NCBI GenBank assembly: GCA_020845875.1
Contig: JADLEY010000009.1
Span: 3,907 to 67,906, forward strand
Reading direction: 5' to 3'
Length of the DNA: 64,000 bases
From: Candidatus Nomurabacteria bacterium
Lineage (GTDB): Bacteria > Patescibacteriota > Minisyncoccia > Phycocordibacterales > UBA9973
The position numbers and the translations under genes are program-made. How positions within the stretch are numbered: position 1 is the first letter of the stretch; every line of letters starts with the position of its first letter. Shown piece after piece: positions 19,733 through 30,103 of the stretch. The notes under the pieces are model-generated. The model searched no databases, was not told the origin of the DNA, and worked only from the letters and a program-made list of their open reading frames with translations.

Positions 19733-22700
19733 TTGCGCACAGCGAAGTGCCTTTTTTCTGTTTGTATTATCATACCCATGGCGAAGACCAAAGACCATTC
19801 GGCGACTACAGCGCGTCCGAAAAAGTATTTTTCTAAGTACAAGAAACCACTGGTAGAATTTCCTAATCTTATCCAGCACCAGCTCGACTCATTTAACTGG
19901 TTTATCGAAAAAGGACTCAAGGAGGCATTCAAGGAGTTTACCCCTATCTACGATTATTCAGGCAAGAAATTTCAACTCGATTTCGTCTCGTTCCATCTCA
20001 CACAACCCAAAATCGACGAACACTACGCCAAAGAAAACAAGCTTTCTCTCGAAGTGCAGCTCAAGGCGCGCGTGAAGCTCACCAACAAGCAAAACGGCTC
20101 TGAAAAGGAGCAGGAGATTTTCATGACGGATATCCCGGTCATGACGAGTCACGGCACCTTCATCATCAACGGTGTGGAGCGCTCTATCATCCCGCAGCTC
20201 TCCCGTTCATCGGGTGTCTTTTTCACCGAACTTGATATCAAAGGCAAGCGCTACTTTGGAGCAAAGATTATCCCCAACCGCGGGGTATGGATCGAGATAG
20301 CGTCAGAAGCAGACGGTACGGTACAGGTGCGCATCGACAAGAAGCGCAAGTTCCCTGTGACGACGCTTCTGCGGGCGCTCGGCCTCACTAGTGATGAGGA
20401 CATCAAAAAGCACTTCAAGGGCGAGCAGCTCGAAAAGGCAATCGCGCACTGCATCGAAAAGGACCCGTCCAAGACGCAGGATGATGCCTTTGTCGAAATC
20501 TACCGCAAGCTCCGCGATGGCGACCTCGCGACCGCAGAAAACGCACGCGAATTTGTCCAAAACCTTTTCGGTGAAGAGCGCTACGACCTCTCTGCGGTCG
20601 GCCGCTTCCGCTTCAACCGCCGCTTCTCGCTCGATATGAGCGACAAAGAGATGGAGCGCAAGACGCTCTCTGCTGCCGACATTGCTATTATCGTCGCGCA
20701 GGTACTCACGCTCAACCACACTCCCGGCTCGCGCGGAGATGATATCGACGACCTCTCCAGTCGCCGCGTGCGTTTTGTTGGAGAAATGCTTCAGCAAAAG
20801 GTGTACGTCGGACTCACTCAAATCAAACGCAATGTGCAGGATCGCATGTCTACTATCGACGCTGCAGGAGCACTCCCAATACAGGTGGTCAACCAGCGTC
20901 CGTTGCAGGCACGCATCAAGGAATTCTTTACGACCAACCAGCTCTCTCAGTTTATGAACCAAGAAAATCTTCTTGCCGAGCTTGAAGAACTCCGCACGCT
21001 CTCTGCGCTTGGTCCAGGAGGATTGTCCCGCGAACGCGCAACACTCGAAGTGCGCGACGTGCACCCAAGTCATTACGGTCGTGTCTGCCCGATTCATACA
21101 CCAGAAGGTCCAAACATTGGACTCATCTTGCGCATGTCTATCTACGCGCGCATCAATGATTTTGGTATCATCGAGACGCCATACATGAAGGTGGCAAATG
21201 GCAAACTCACTGGAGAAATCGTTTATCTCAATGCTGCAGAAGAAGCGCAGAAAGTCATTGCGCACGCAAGCACTGCGTATGATAAGGATGGGAATCTGCC
21301 AGCGCAGGTAGAGGCACGTATCAAGACCAGTCCTGGTATTGTTCCGAAAAAGGAAGTTGAGCTTATTGATGTGGCTCCTAACCAGGCGTTTTCACTTGCG
21401 ACTTCGATGGTACCGTTTCTTGAGCACAACGACGCAAACCGTGCGCTCATGGGAAGTAACATGCAAAAGCAAGCAGTACCAGTCATTCGTCCAGAAGCTC
21501 CGCTCGTGGCGACCGGTATCGAAGAGGTAGCAGCACCGTATTCAGGGCGCCTCATTCTCGCCGACGAAGCAGGAGAAGTAACCTATGTTGATGCGGCAAA
21601 GATTAAGGTAAAGGGAGACAAAAGCGGCAAGGAGCATACCTATCCTCTTGTTACTTTCCAGCGCACCAACCAATTCAATTCATTCCACCAACGGCCAGTC
21701 GTATCAGTCGGACAAAAAGTGAAGAAAGGAGAACTTCTCGGAGACACTTCGACTACCGACAATGGACAAATCGCACTGGGACAAAACATGCGCGTTGCAT
21801 TTATGTCCTGGAGCGGGGCAAACTTCGAAGACGCGATCATTCTCTCAGAGCGCCTTATCAAAGATTCCAAGTTTACCTCCATTTATATTGCAGAATTCAC
21901 TTGTGTTGTGCGCGACACCAAGCTTGGTGCGGAGGTGACTACTCGTGATATCCCTAATGTTGGTGAAGCACGGCTCAAAGATCTTGATGAAGACGGTATC
22001 ATCCGCGTCGGCGCTGAGGTGAAAGAGGGCGACATCCTTGTGGGCAAGATTACGCCAAAGGGTGAGACGGAGCTCACCCCAGAAGAGCGCCTCCTGCGTT
22101 CTATCTTTGCTGAAAAGGCACGTGATGTAAAAGATACTTCACTCAAGATGGATCATGGCAAGCGCGGTCGCATCATTCGCGTCAAGGTGTTTTCTCGTGA
22201 CCAGGGACACAATCTCGAAAGTGGCGTTATCAAGAAGGTTGTGGTCGAAGTGGCACAGCTGCGCAACATCTCCGTCGGAGACAAGCTAGCGGGACGTCAT
22301 GGAAATAAAGGTGTCATTTCAGTGGTGCTTCCCGAAGAAGATATGCCGTACATGGCAGATGGCACGGCAGTAGATGTGGTACTTACGCCGCTTGGTGTTC
22401 CAAGTCGTATGAATCTCGGACAAATTTTGGAGCTCCATCTTGGACTCGCTGCAAACGAGCTAGGTTACCAAGCAATTGTGCCGCCGTTTAGTGGTGCAAC
22501 CGATGCTGAGATCAAGGAAGAGCTTGCAAAGGCAGGCTTCCCAGAGACTGGTCGTGTACCGCTCTTTGATGGGCGCACAGGAGAGAAGTTCGAACAAGAC
22601 ATTGCAGTGGGGTACATGTATATCTTGAAACTGCACCACATGGTAGAGGACAAGATCCACATGCGCTCAATTGGTCCCTACAGTCTTATCACCCAGCAGC

Positions 22701-22990
22701 CGTTGGGAGGAAAGGCTCAAGGTGGGGGTCAGCGCTTCGGAGAAATGGAGGTGTGGGCGCTCGAAGGATACGGTGCATCGCACATCCTTCGCGAAATGCT
22801 CACGATTAAGTCTGACGATATTCTCGGACGTGCAGCAACCTTTGATTCTATTATCAAGAGCGAACCGATTCGCGATCCAAATATTCCGGCATCGTTTTCG
22901 GTCATGTTGAATTATCTCCGTGGATTGGCGCTCGATGTAGACTTGCAGCGCACAGAGGTCGAAGCTGCCGCAGAGCAAATTGAAGCATAA
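19733..22990 (+). CDS. rpoB: RNA polymerase beta subunit. Probable start at MAKTKDH (~19778).
   Basis: Full-length collinear RpoB, including the GDKLAGRHGNKG motif. Confidence 0.95.
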   Translation: MRTAKCLFSVCIIIPMAKTKDHSATTARPKKYFSKYKKPLVEFPNLIQHQLDSFNWFIEKGLKEAFKEFTPIYDYSGKKFQLDFVSFHLTQPKIDEHYAKENKLSLEVQLKARVKLTNKQNGSEKEQEIFMTDIPVMTSHGTFIINGVERSIIPQLSRSSGVFFTELDIKGKRYFGAKIIPNRGVWIEIASEADGTVQVRIDKKRKFPVTTLLRALGLTSDEDIKKHFKGEQLEKAIAHCIEKDPSKTQDDAFVEIYRKLRDGDLATAENAREFVQNLFGEERYDLSAVGRFRFNRRFSLDMSDKEMERKTLSAADIAIIVAQVLTLNHTPGSRGDDIDDLSSRRVRFVGEMLQQKVYVGLTQIKRNVQDRMSTIDAAGALPIQVVNQRPLQARIKEFFTTNQLSQFMNQENLLAELEELRTLSALGPGGLSRERATLEVRDVHPSHYGRVCPIHTPEGPNIGLILRMSIYARINDFGIIETPYMKVANGKLTGEIVYLNAAEEAQKVIAHASTAYDKDGNLPAQVEARIKTSPGIVPKKEVELIDVAPNQAFSLATSMVPFLEHNDANRALMGSNMQKQAVPVIRPEAPLVATGIEEVAAPYSGRLILADEAGEVTYVDAAKIKVKGDKSGKEHTYPLVTFQRTNQFNSFHQRPVVSVGQKVKKGELLGDTSTTDNGQIALGQNMRVAFMSWSGANFEDAIILSERLIKDSKFTSIYIAEFTCVVRDTKLGAEVTTRDIPNVGEARLKDLDEDGIIRVGAEVKEGDILVGKITPKGETELTPEERLLRSIFAEKARDVKDTSLKMDHGKRGRIIRVKVFSRDQGHNLESGVIKKVVVEVAQLRNISVGDKLAGRHGNKGVISVVLPEEDMPYMADGTAVDVVLTPLGVPSRMNLGQILELHLGLAANELGYQAIVPPFSGATDAEIKEELAKAGFPETGRVPLFDGRTGEKFEQDIAVGYMYILKLHHMVEDKIHMRSIGPYSLITQQPLGGKAQGGGQRFGEMEVWALEGYGASHILREMLTIKSDDILGRAATFDSIIKSEPIRDPNIPASFSVMLNYLRGLALDVDLQRTEVEAAAEQIEA

Positions 22991-23026
22991 ACATCTCTCA
23001 CTACTCATCATTCATTATCTATTCTT

Positions 23027-26000
23027 ATGAAAACACTCGACACTACCAATTTTGATTCCATCACACTCAAACTCGCAAGCCCCGATCGCATTCGCGAGTG
23101 GAGCTATGGAGAAGTCACCAAGCCGGAAACTATCAACTACCGTACCGGCCGCTCTGAGCGCGGCGGTCTCTTTGACGAGCGCATCTTCGGTCCTGAAAAA
23201 GACTACGAATGCTACTGTGGGAAATACAAGCGCATTCGCTACGCAGGCATCACCTGTGAAAAGTGTGGCGTAGAAGTCACCAAAGCAATCGTTCGTCGTG
23301 AGCGCATGGGACATATCGAGCTCGCGTCTCCTGTCGCACACATCTGGTTCCTCCGTAGCGTACCGAGCCGCATGTCGACTCTTCTCGGTATTTCTCTTAC
23401 TGATCTCGAGAAGGTAGTGTACTTCGCTGGGTATATCATTACTGCAGTGCACGAAGAAGAAAAGACTCGCATTATTGCTGAGCTTGATGTGGAGTTTAAA
23501 AACAAACTCAAAAATGCTGCTGATGAAGATACTCGCGAAAAACTCCGCACACTTCTGTCCAATACCAAAAAAGAAATTGCAGAGATTCACATCGGAAAAG
23601 TATTGACTGAAATTGCATATCATCACTATTCGCTTAAATATGGAAGCGCATTTGAAGCAAATATCGGCGCAGAAGCAATCTACAGCCTCTTCAAGAATAT
23701 GAATCTTGAAGCACTCAAAGATGCTACAGAAAAAGCACTTGAAAAAGCAGGTGCCGCAGATCGCGAAAAGCTCCAAAAACGCCTATCGCTTATCCGTTCG
23801 ATGCTCTACGCAAATATTCGTCCAGAATGGATGCTCCTGACAGCTGTTCCTGTGATTCCTCCGGGACTGCGTCCGATGGTGGCGCTCGAAGGCGGTCGTC
23901 ATGCAACATCAGATGTCAACGACCTCTATCGTCGCGTCATAAACCGCAATAATCGTCTCAAGAAGCTCAAAGAAATTGGCGCCCCTGATGTGATTCTTCG
24001 CAATGAGAAGCGTATTCTACAGGAAGCAGTCGATGCACTCATCGACAACTCTGCAGCAGGGCAAGACGCTCCAGCGATGTCTTCGGCACAGCGCCGCGCA
24101 CTCAAGAGTCTCTCTGACAGCCTTAAGAGTAAACAGGGTCTCTTCCGTCAAAACCTCCTTGGTAAACGTGTCGACTACTCTGGTCGTTCCGTGATTGTTG
24201 TCGGTCCAAACCTCCGTCTCAATCAGTGTGGGCTTCCCAAGCATATGGCTCTCGAACTCTTTCGTCCGTTTGTTATCTCAAAGGTCATCGAGCGTGAGCT
24301 CGCGTACAACATCCGTGGTGCAAATAAACTCATCGAAGACGGCATCCCAGAAGTCTGGGCAATTCTCGAAGAAGTGATCAAAGGCAAGTATGTGCTTCTC
24401 AACCGCGCACCAACACTTCACCGACTCGGTATTCAGGGATTCATGCCAGTCCTCATTGAAGGAAATGCGATTCAGGTACACCCACTCGTCTGCCCTGCGT
24501 TTAATGCTGACTTCGACGGTGACCAGATGGGAGTCTATGTTCCGCTCTCTGATACGGCACAGGCAGAAGCGGCAACACTCATCTCTGCTGATAAAAATAT
24601 CTTGAAGCCTCAAAATGGTGATCCGATTGTTTCATCAAAAATGTTGGATATCGTCCTCGGTTGCTACTGGATGACTTCACAGATTGAAGGAGAAAAAGGA
24701 GAGGGAATGTATTTTGCAAGTCCCAACGAAGCGATCACTGCGACTGACTTCGGTGCAGTATCTTATCGCGCAAAGATTTCTGTATTGGGTACTGAGAGTG
24801 AAAAGTATGCATACTTCGAAAAGAAGCCGTTTGAAACAACTGTTGGACGACTCCTTTTCAATGCGATCATGCCAAGCGATTTTCCGTATATCAACGAAGA
24901 AATCACTTCGAAAAAGATGGTAGTCATTGTAGATAACCTCATTGTGAAGTATGGCGTTGATCGTGTTGCGCCGATCCTCGATCGCATGAAATCGTTTGGG
25001 TATAAGTACGCGACTATTTCTGGAACAACGTGGGGTATCGACAACGTGATTGTTCCGAAAGAGAAAAAAGAAATCGTACAGAAATATCGCGCACAGGAAG
25101 CAGAAGTCAAAGAACAGTTCCAAGACGGTCTTCTCTCAGAAGAAGAGCGCTATCAGAAAGTCATCACTATTTGGGAAAAAGCAAAGAGTGAAATTGAAAA
25201 GATTCTTCCAGAAAGTCTCGAAAAGCACGGCTCTGTGCACGATATGATTGTATCGGGCGCTCGAGGATCTATCTCAAATGTGACGCAGATGGTAGGAATG
25301 AAAGGACTCATCCAAAACACTACTGGTCGCACTATCGACTTCCCAATTATTCCATCGTTCAAGGAAGGACTCTCTCCGATCGAATACTTCATCACCACTC
25401 ACGGTTCGCGTAAGGGTCTCGCCGACACAGCGCTCAACACTGCTCGCGCCGGCTATCTCACTCGTCGTCTCGTCGATGTGGCACAGGATTTGGTGGTGAC
25501 CGAAGATGATTGTGGTACCAAAGCAATGAAAATCATGACTCGGGAAAATATTTCTGGTCTTGAGATCCCGCTTGCAAAAAATATTCGCGGTCGTGTCCTC
25601 GCAAAAGAAATAACTGATGAAAAAGGAGTGCTTCTCTTTAAAAAGGGCCATCTCGTTAGTAAGGAGGATGCTGCGCTTATCGAGAAAAGTGGGGTGACCG
25701 AAGTCGCGGTACGTACTCCAATGACCTGTAAGACGATCTACGGTATCTGTCGCATGTGTTACGGTCTTGACCTCGGACGCAATCGTCTCGTTGAGCGTGG
25801 AGAGTCTGTCGGTATCGTTGCAGCCCAAGCTATCGGTGAGCCGGGTACTCAGCTCACACTTCGTACCTTCCACGCCGGTGGCGTGGCAGGTGTGGATATC
25901 ACCCAAGGTCTTCCTCGTGTCGAAGAAATCTTTGAATGTCGTGAGGTGAAAAATCCTGCAGTGGTAGCAAAGTATTCCGGTACTGTTGCTGAAATTAAAA

Positions 26001-26647
26001 ATGACAATGGCGAACGCGCGATTGTTGTACTCTCAGAAAAATCAGAAACCAAGAAAGACAGTATGGAATATGCTCTTCCAGTGCGTCGTATCCCTATCGT
26101 CAAAGTAGGCGAAGTGGTCGTCAAAGGACAGCTCCTCACTGACGGTTCGGCAAACATCAAAGATGTCTACGAATACGGCGGACGCGAAATGGCAGAAGAC
26201 TACATCATCAAGGAAATCAACAAGGTGTACGAATTGCAGGGCGCCTCTATCGCTCGCAAGCACCTCGAAATCATCATCCGTCAGATGTTCTCTCGCCGCA
26301 AAATCAAGGAAGCAGGCGACAGCTCATTCTCTCCAGGGGATGTGGTAGAAGTCACCGAGCTCCTCGAAGAAAATAACCGCATGAAAGAGATGGGGCTTCG
26401 CGAGGCAAAGGCAGATCTCATCATTCTCGGTATTACCCAAACAGCACTCCATGCAAAGAGCTGGATTTCTGCAGCGTCATTCCAAAACACCAATCGCGTG
26501 CTCATCCAAAACGCAGTGAAGGGCGGTGTGGATACACTCCGTGGATTGAAGGAAAATGTTACTGTCGGACGTCTTATCCCCGCAGGTACCGGCTTCCGCG
26601 ATCGCAAGGCGCTCAAAGTTAACGACATCAAGCGCGACGACGAATAG
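23027..26647 (+). CDS. rpoC: RNA polymerase beta' subunit
   Basis: Zn-binding CYCGKYKRIRYAGITCEKCG and the catalytic NADFDGDQM motif. Confidence 0.95.
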   Translation: MKTLDTTNFDSITLKLASPDRIREWSYGEVTKPETINYRTGRSERGGLFDERIFGPEKDYECYCGKYKRIRYAGITCEKCGVEVTKAIVRRERMGHIELASPVAHIWFLRSVPSRMSTLLGISLTDLEKVVYFAGYIITAVHEEEKTRIIAELDVEFKNKLKNAADEDTREKLRTLLSNTKKEIAEIHIGKVLTEIAYHHYSLKYGSAFEANIGAEAIYSLFKNMNLEALKDATEKALEKAGAADREKLQKRLSLIRSMLYANIRPEWMLLTAVPVIPPGLRPMVALEGGRHATSDVNDLYRRVINRNNRLKKLKEIGAPDVILRNEKRILQEAVDALIDNSAAGQDAPAMSSAQRRALKSLSDSLKSKQGLFRQNLLGKRVDYSGRSVIVVGPNLRLNQCGLPKHMALELFRPFVISKVIERELAYNIRGANKLIEDGIPEVWAILEEVIKGKYVLLNRAPTLHRLGIQGFMPVLIEGNAIQVHPLVCPAFNADFDGDQMGVYVPLSDTAQAEAATLISADKNILKPQNGDPIVSSKMLDIVLGCYWMTSQIEGEKGEGMYFASPNEAITATDFGAVSYRAKISVLGTESEKYAYFEKKPFETTVGRLLFNAIMPSDFPYINEEITSKKMVVIVDNLIVKYGVDRVAPILDRMKSFGYKYATISGTTWGIDNVIVPKEKKEIVQKYRAQEAEVKEQFQDGLLSEEERYQKVITIWEKAKSEIEKILPESLEKHGSVHDMIVSGARGSISNVTQMVGMKGLIQNTTGRTIDFPIIPSFKEGLSPIEYFITTHGSRKGLADTALNTARAGYLTRRLVDVAQDLVVTEDDCGTKAMKIMTRENISGLEIPLAKNIRGRVLAKEITDEKGVLLFKKGHLVSKEDAALIEKSGVTEVAVRTPMTCKTIYGICRMCYGLDLGRNRLVERGESVGIVAAQAIGEPGTQLTLRTFHAGGVAGVDITQGLPRVEEIFECREVKNPAVVAKYSGTVAEIKNDNGERAIVVLSEKSETKKDSMEYALPVRRIPIVKVGEVVVKGQLLTDGSANIKDVYEYGGREMAEDYIIKEINKVYELQGASIARKHLEIIIRQMFSRRKIKEAGDSSFSPGDVVEVTELLEENNRMKEMGLREAKADLIILGITQTALHAKSWISAASFQNTNRVLIQNAVKGGVDTLRGLKENVTVGRLIPAGTGFRDRKALKVNDIKRDDE

Positions 26648-26679
26648 TCGCACCTACTTTCGATAACCCTAAAAATCCC

Positions 26680-26700
26680 CTGGGAACAGGGGATTTTTAG
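26680..26700 (+). terminator. Rho-independent terminator after rpoC
   Basis: aaaaatcccctgggaacaggggattttt. Confidence 0.7.
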
Positions 26701-26705
26701 GTGCT

Positions 26706-26735
26706 TGACAAGAATATGAATATTTGCTATACTCT
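26706..26735 (+). promoter_or_regulatory. Sigma-70-like promoter TTGACA-N17-TATACT
   Basis: Consensus hexamers 200 bp upstream of dnaG. Confidence 0.55.
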
Positions 26736-26952
26736 TCTCAAGTTCATCAATATTTCCTCGTGTTTCAGAAAGAGAACCGCAAAAGGCAATATTGTACATT
26801 GAATTACGCTGATTGAGCTTTTACTCAATCGAACGGCCTTGGCGGAGCAATAATTCGCGAGAATCTTTCAACCTTAACCCCCATACCTTTTGTATGGGGG
26901 TTTCTCTTCTTTTTGACTTCCGGCGGGCAATTCTCTACTATCTAGCTTACTG

Positions 26953-28677
26953 ATGAACTCCATTGTTGACCAAATCAAAGAGCGGCTGCCTATCACAGAT
27001 GTGCTGGGCTCCTACATCACACTTATTCCAGGAGGGAAACAGTACAAAGCCCGCTGCCCTTTCCACAATGAGCGCACACCGTCCTTTTCGGTCTCTCCCG
27101 ACCGCGGCTTTTACTACTGCTTCGGCTGCGGCGCCAAGGGCGACATCTTCACTTTTGTGCAGGAGTTTGAAGGACTCGATTTCAACGGCGCGCTCAAGGT
27201 ACTCGCACAGCGCGCGGGGGTAGAGCTAACCCGCCGCGACCAAAGGAGGGAAGAGACGAGTGAACTCTATGAATGCCTTGAGGCAGCGGCTACGCGCTAC
27301 CAGCTCCAGCTCGGCCGCAATAGCGAAGCGCTTGCGTATCTAGAAAAGCGCGGACTTTCCAGGGAGACCATTGAGCAGTTTCGCCTCGGCTATGCACCTG
27401 ATGAGTGGCGATTTGTCGCCGACGCCTGCAAAGATGAAAAAGAGCGCCGCATTGCTGAGCGTGCAGGGCTTATCAAACGACCGGAAGGAGGAGATAAAGA
27501 GAAGCGTCCGTACGACCGCTTCCGTGGGAGAATTATGTTCCCACTCGCGGACGCAAGCGGACGAGTGGTCGGATTTTCAGGGCGTATCTTTCCAGAAGCT
27601 CCAGAAGGGCCGAAATATCTCAATAGTCCCGAAACAGAAGTTTTTCATAAGTCAAAAGTGCTCTACGGCTTCGACAAGGCAAAGGGGGCTATCAAAAAAG
27701 CAGGATTTTCTATTCTCGTTGAGGGGCAGATGGACTTGCTGCTCTCGCATCAGTCGGGGTTCAAAAATACGGTTGCTACTTCTGGGACTGCTATCTCTGA
27801 ACCAGTGGTAGGGGAAGCAACCAATATGACCGTACTCTCGCGGCTCTCGCCCAATATCCTCTTTGCGTTCGATGGCGATGAGGCGGGGCAAAAGGCACTC
27901 ACGCGCGCAGCACTCGTTGCACTCTCGCTTAGTATGAATCCGCGCGTCGTGTCGCTCCCCGAGGGGGTAGATCCTGCAGAGTATCTGCTGACTGAAGGAG
28001 GAGAGAAATGGAAGGCGCAGCTCGCACATAATACGCATTTCATTCTCTATCAGGCACAGGCGATACGCCACAAAGGGCTCTCGCCGCACCTTTTTGTACA
28101 AGCGCTTCGTGCAGAGGTCTTCCCATTTATTTCGCGTATTCCGTCTCCCATAGAGCAGCAGCTCCATGTAGAGACAGTCGCAAAAGAGCTCTCACTGGAG
28201 CGCTCCGATCTTATCAAAGAGCTAGAGCTCTTTGTCGCGCAGCAACCAGCACTCACGATGCAAAGTGAGGCACCACAAGAGCATCAGACAGACTCCGTGG
28301 CGCTCTCGCCGAGCGAGCGGTATGCGGCATTTGCGCTACGCTTCCCCGAAGCGGTTGCAGAGCAGGGGGCAGAGGAGAGCGATATATTTTCTTTCGATAC
28401 TTTTACTGAATCACCGCGCACACTCGCCGACGAACGTAGAGACCTTGCACTCGCGCTGATTGAGCAGGACTATAGTGTGCTCAACGCGGCACAGGAGCAA
28501 CTACTCGCTGCGCGTGAATTGCGAAAAAAAGCGTATGAGGCATTTCTGTTGAGAGTGCACAGCGCGCTCTCTCGTGCACTGCGAGAGGCAGAGCGCGCAG
28601 AAGACGAAAAAGAGACAGCGCGCCTTTTGGGGGCGCTGGCACAGCTCCATACTGTCCGTGCTGCTGCCGAGGCGTGA
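26953..28677 (+). CDS. dnaG: DNA primase
   Basis: Zn-ribbon CPFHNERTPSFSV…CFGCG, followed by a TOPRIM domain. Confidence 0.9.
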   Translation: MNSIVDQIKERLPITDVLGSYITLIPGGKQYKARCPFHNERTPSFSVSPDRGFYYCFGCGAKGDIFTFVQEFEGLDFNGALKVLAQRAGVELTRRDQRREETSELYECLEAAATRYQLQLGRNSEALAYLEKRGLSRETIEQFRLGYAPDEWRFVADACKDEKERRIAERAGLIKRPEGGDKEKRPYDRFRGRIMFPLADASGRVVGFSGRIFPEAPEGPKYLNSPETEVFHKSKVLYGFDKAKGAIKKAGFSILVEGQMDLLLSHQSGFKNTVATSGTAISEPVVGEATNMTVLSRLSPNILFAFDGDEAGQKALTRAALVALSLSMNPRVVSLPEGVDPAEYLLTEGGEKWKAQLAHNTHFILYQAQAIRHKGLSPHLFVQALRAEVFPFISRIPSPIEQQLHVETVAKELSLERSDLIKELELFVAQQPALTMQSEAPQEHQTDSVALSPSERYAAFALRFPEAVAEQGAEESDIFSFDTFTESPRTLADERRDLALALIEQDYSVLNAAQEQLLAARELRKKAYEAFLLRVHSALSRALREAERAEDEKETARLLGALAQLHTVRAAAEA

Positions 28678-28714
28678 TTGACTTTTACCGTCATTTCGTC
28701 CATTATCATACCCA

Positions 28715-30046
28715 TTGGCTATGCCAAAGAAGACACAGAATTCAAAAAAGAAGAAGGAACTGAAGAAGCGCCCTAGTGCGCCAAAGAAGAAGGGAGCAAA
28801 GAAAACTGTTGCCCCGAAGAAAAAGCCAGCTGCAAAGAAGCGCAGCACTCCAGTAAAGAAGAAGTCCGTTGCCAAGAAGGCGCCGGCAAAAGCTTCAAAA
28901 AAACCAAAAACAAAACCCAAGCCGATTACGATCAAGCCGGCAGGCTCTTCGTCGCGCCGCGAGGCAAACATGGAGAAGCGTCTCAAGGATCTTGAGGTCA
29001 AGTCCGAAGAGTTGATCGCAAAGGGCAAGAAGCGTGGCTTCATCACCTACGATGAAATATTGAAGGCGTTTCCTGATATCGAGAACAACATCATGTTCCT
29101 CGATGAGCTGTATGAGCGTATGTCAGTCGCTGAGATTGATGTGCTCGAGGGCGGCAACCTTCTTGATATAGATCATAGTGCTGATCTGTCCAAGTACACG
29201 CGCGATAGCCACAGCTACAGCTCTGTACAGATGTATCTCAAGGATATTGGTCAGTACCCGCTCATCAATGCCGCACAAGAAAAGGAGCTCGCTCGCCGTA
29301 TCGTCGCAGGAGATGACGAAGCAAAAAATCTCCTCGCTCGTTCCAATCTGCGCCTTGTGGTCTCGATCGCCAAGAAGTATGCCAATCGCACCGCAGATCT
29401 GACGCTCCTCGACCTTATCCAAGAGGGGAACATCGGACTCTTCAAAGCGGTGGAAAAGTTTGACCACACCAAAGGCTTCAAGTTTTCCACCTACGCGACA
29501 TGGTGGATTCGTCAGTCCATCACCCGTGCACTTGCCGATCAGAGCCGCACTATCCGTATCCCTGTGCATATGGTGGAGACCATCTCCAAGTACAAGCAGG
29601 TGATGCGTCGCTTAGCGCAAGATCTCGGACGCGACCCGCTTGCCGAAGAAATCGCCAACGAAATGGGTATTGAAGTAGAAAAGGTGCATGTCATTGAGCA
29701 GATCAACCAAGAGACGCGCTCACTCGAGCAGCCGATTGGCGATGACGACGACAAATCAACTTTTGGCGAGTTTATTCCTGATGAAAAGATTCTCCGTCCC
29801 GACCAAGAGGCGAGCCGCCGCATGCTTACCGACGCTATCAGGAGCGTACTCGACGAGCTCTCTCCGAAGGAGAAGCGTATCCTCGAGATGCGCTACGGCC
29901 TCATTGATGGCGTGCAGCACACGCTCGAAGAAGTGGGCAAGGAATTTGGCGTGACGCGCGAGCGTATCCGTCAGATCGAAGCCAAGGTGCACGAGAAGCT
30001 TCGCCAGAGCGACCGCATCCAGCGCCTCCGCAATTATTTTGATTAA
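28715..30046 (+). CDS. rpoD: Primary sigma factor (sigma-70) with a Lys/Ala/Pro-rich histone-H1-like N-terminal tail
   Basis: Regions 1.2, 2, 3 and 4 (…IAKKYANRTADLTLLDLIQEGNIGLFKAVEKFD…, …EEVGKEFGVTRERIRQIEAK…). KKxxAxKK repeats over the first ~90 aa. Confidence 0.9.
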   Translation: MAMPKKTQNSKKKKELKKRPSAPKKKGAKKTVAPKKKPAAKKRSTPVKKKSVAKKAPAKASKKPKTKPKPITIKPAGSSSRREANMEKRLKDLEVKSEELIAKGKKRGFITYDEILKAFPDIENNIMFLDELYERMSVAEIDVLEGGNLLDIDHSADLSKYTRDSHSYSSVQMYLKDIGQYPLINAAQEKELARRIVAGDDEAKNLLARSNLRLVVSIAKKYANRTADLTLLDLIQEGNIGLFKAVEKFDHTKGFKFSTYATWWIRQSITRALADQSRTIRIPVHMVETISKYKQVMRRLAQDLGRDPLAEEIANEMGIEVEKVHVIEQINQETRSLEQPIGDDDDKSTFGEFIPDEKILRPDQEASRRMLTDAIRSVLDELSPKEKRILEMRYGLIDGVQHTLEEVGKEFGVTRERIRQIEAKVHEKLRQSDRIQRLRNYFD

Positions 30047-30103
30047 CATTAAAGCAGTAAAAAATCCCTCATCTGAGGGATTTTTTACATCGCGAGTTTT
30101 CGT

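Noticed and set aside
20303-21265. 320-aa antisense ORF inside rpoB, with similar long antisense ORFs inside rpoC (23015-23776, 25274-25906), uvrB (41823-42578), uvrA (45427-46194), uvrC/ddl (52977-53762), rnj (10910-11584) and others
   Set aside because: They lie opposite strongly supported conserved genes, have no recognisable domains and reflect codon-bias-driven open antisense frames.
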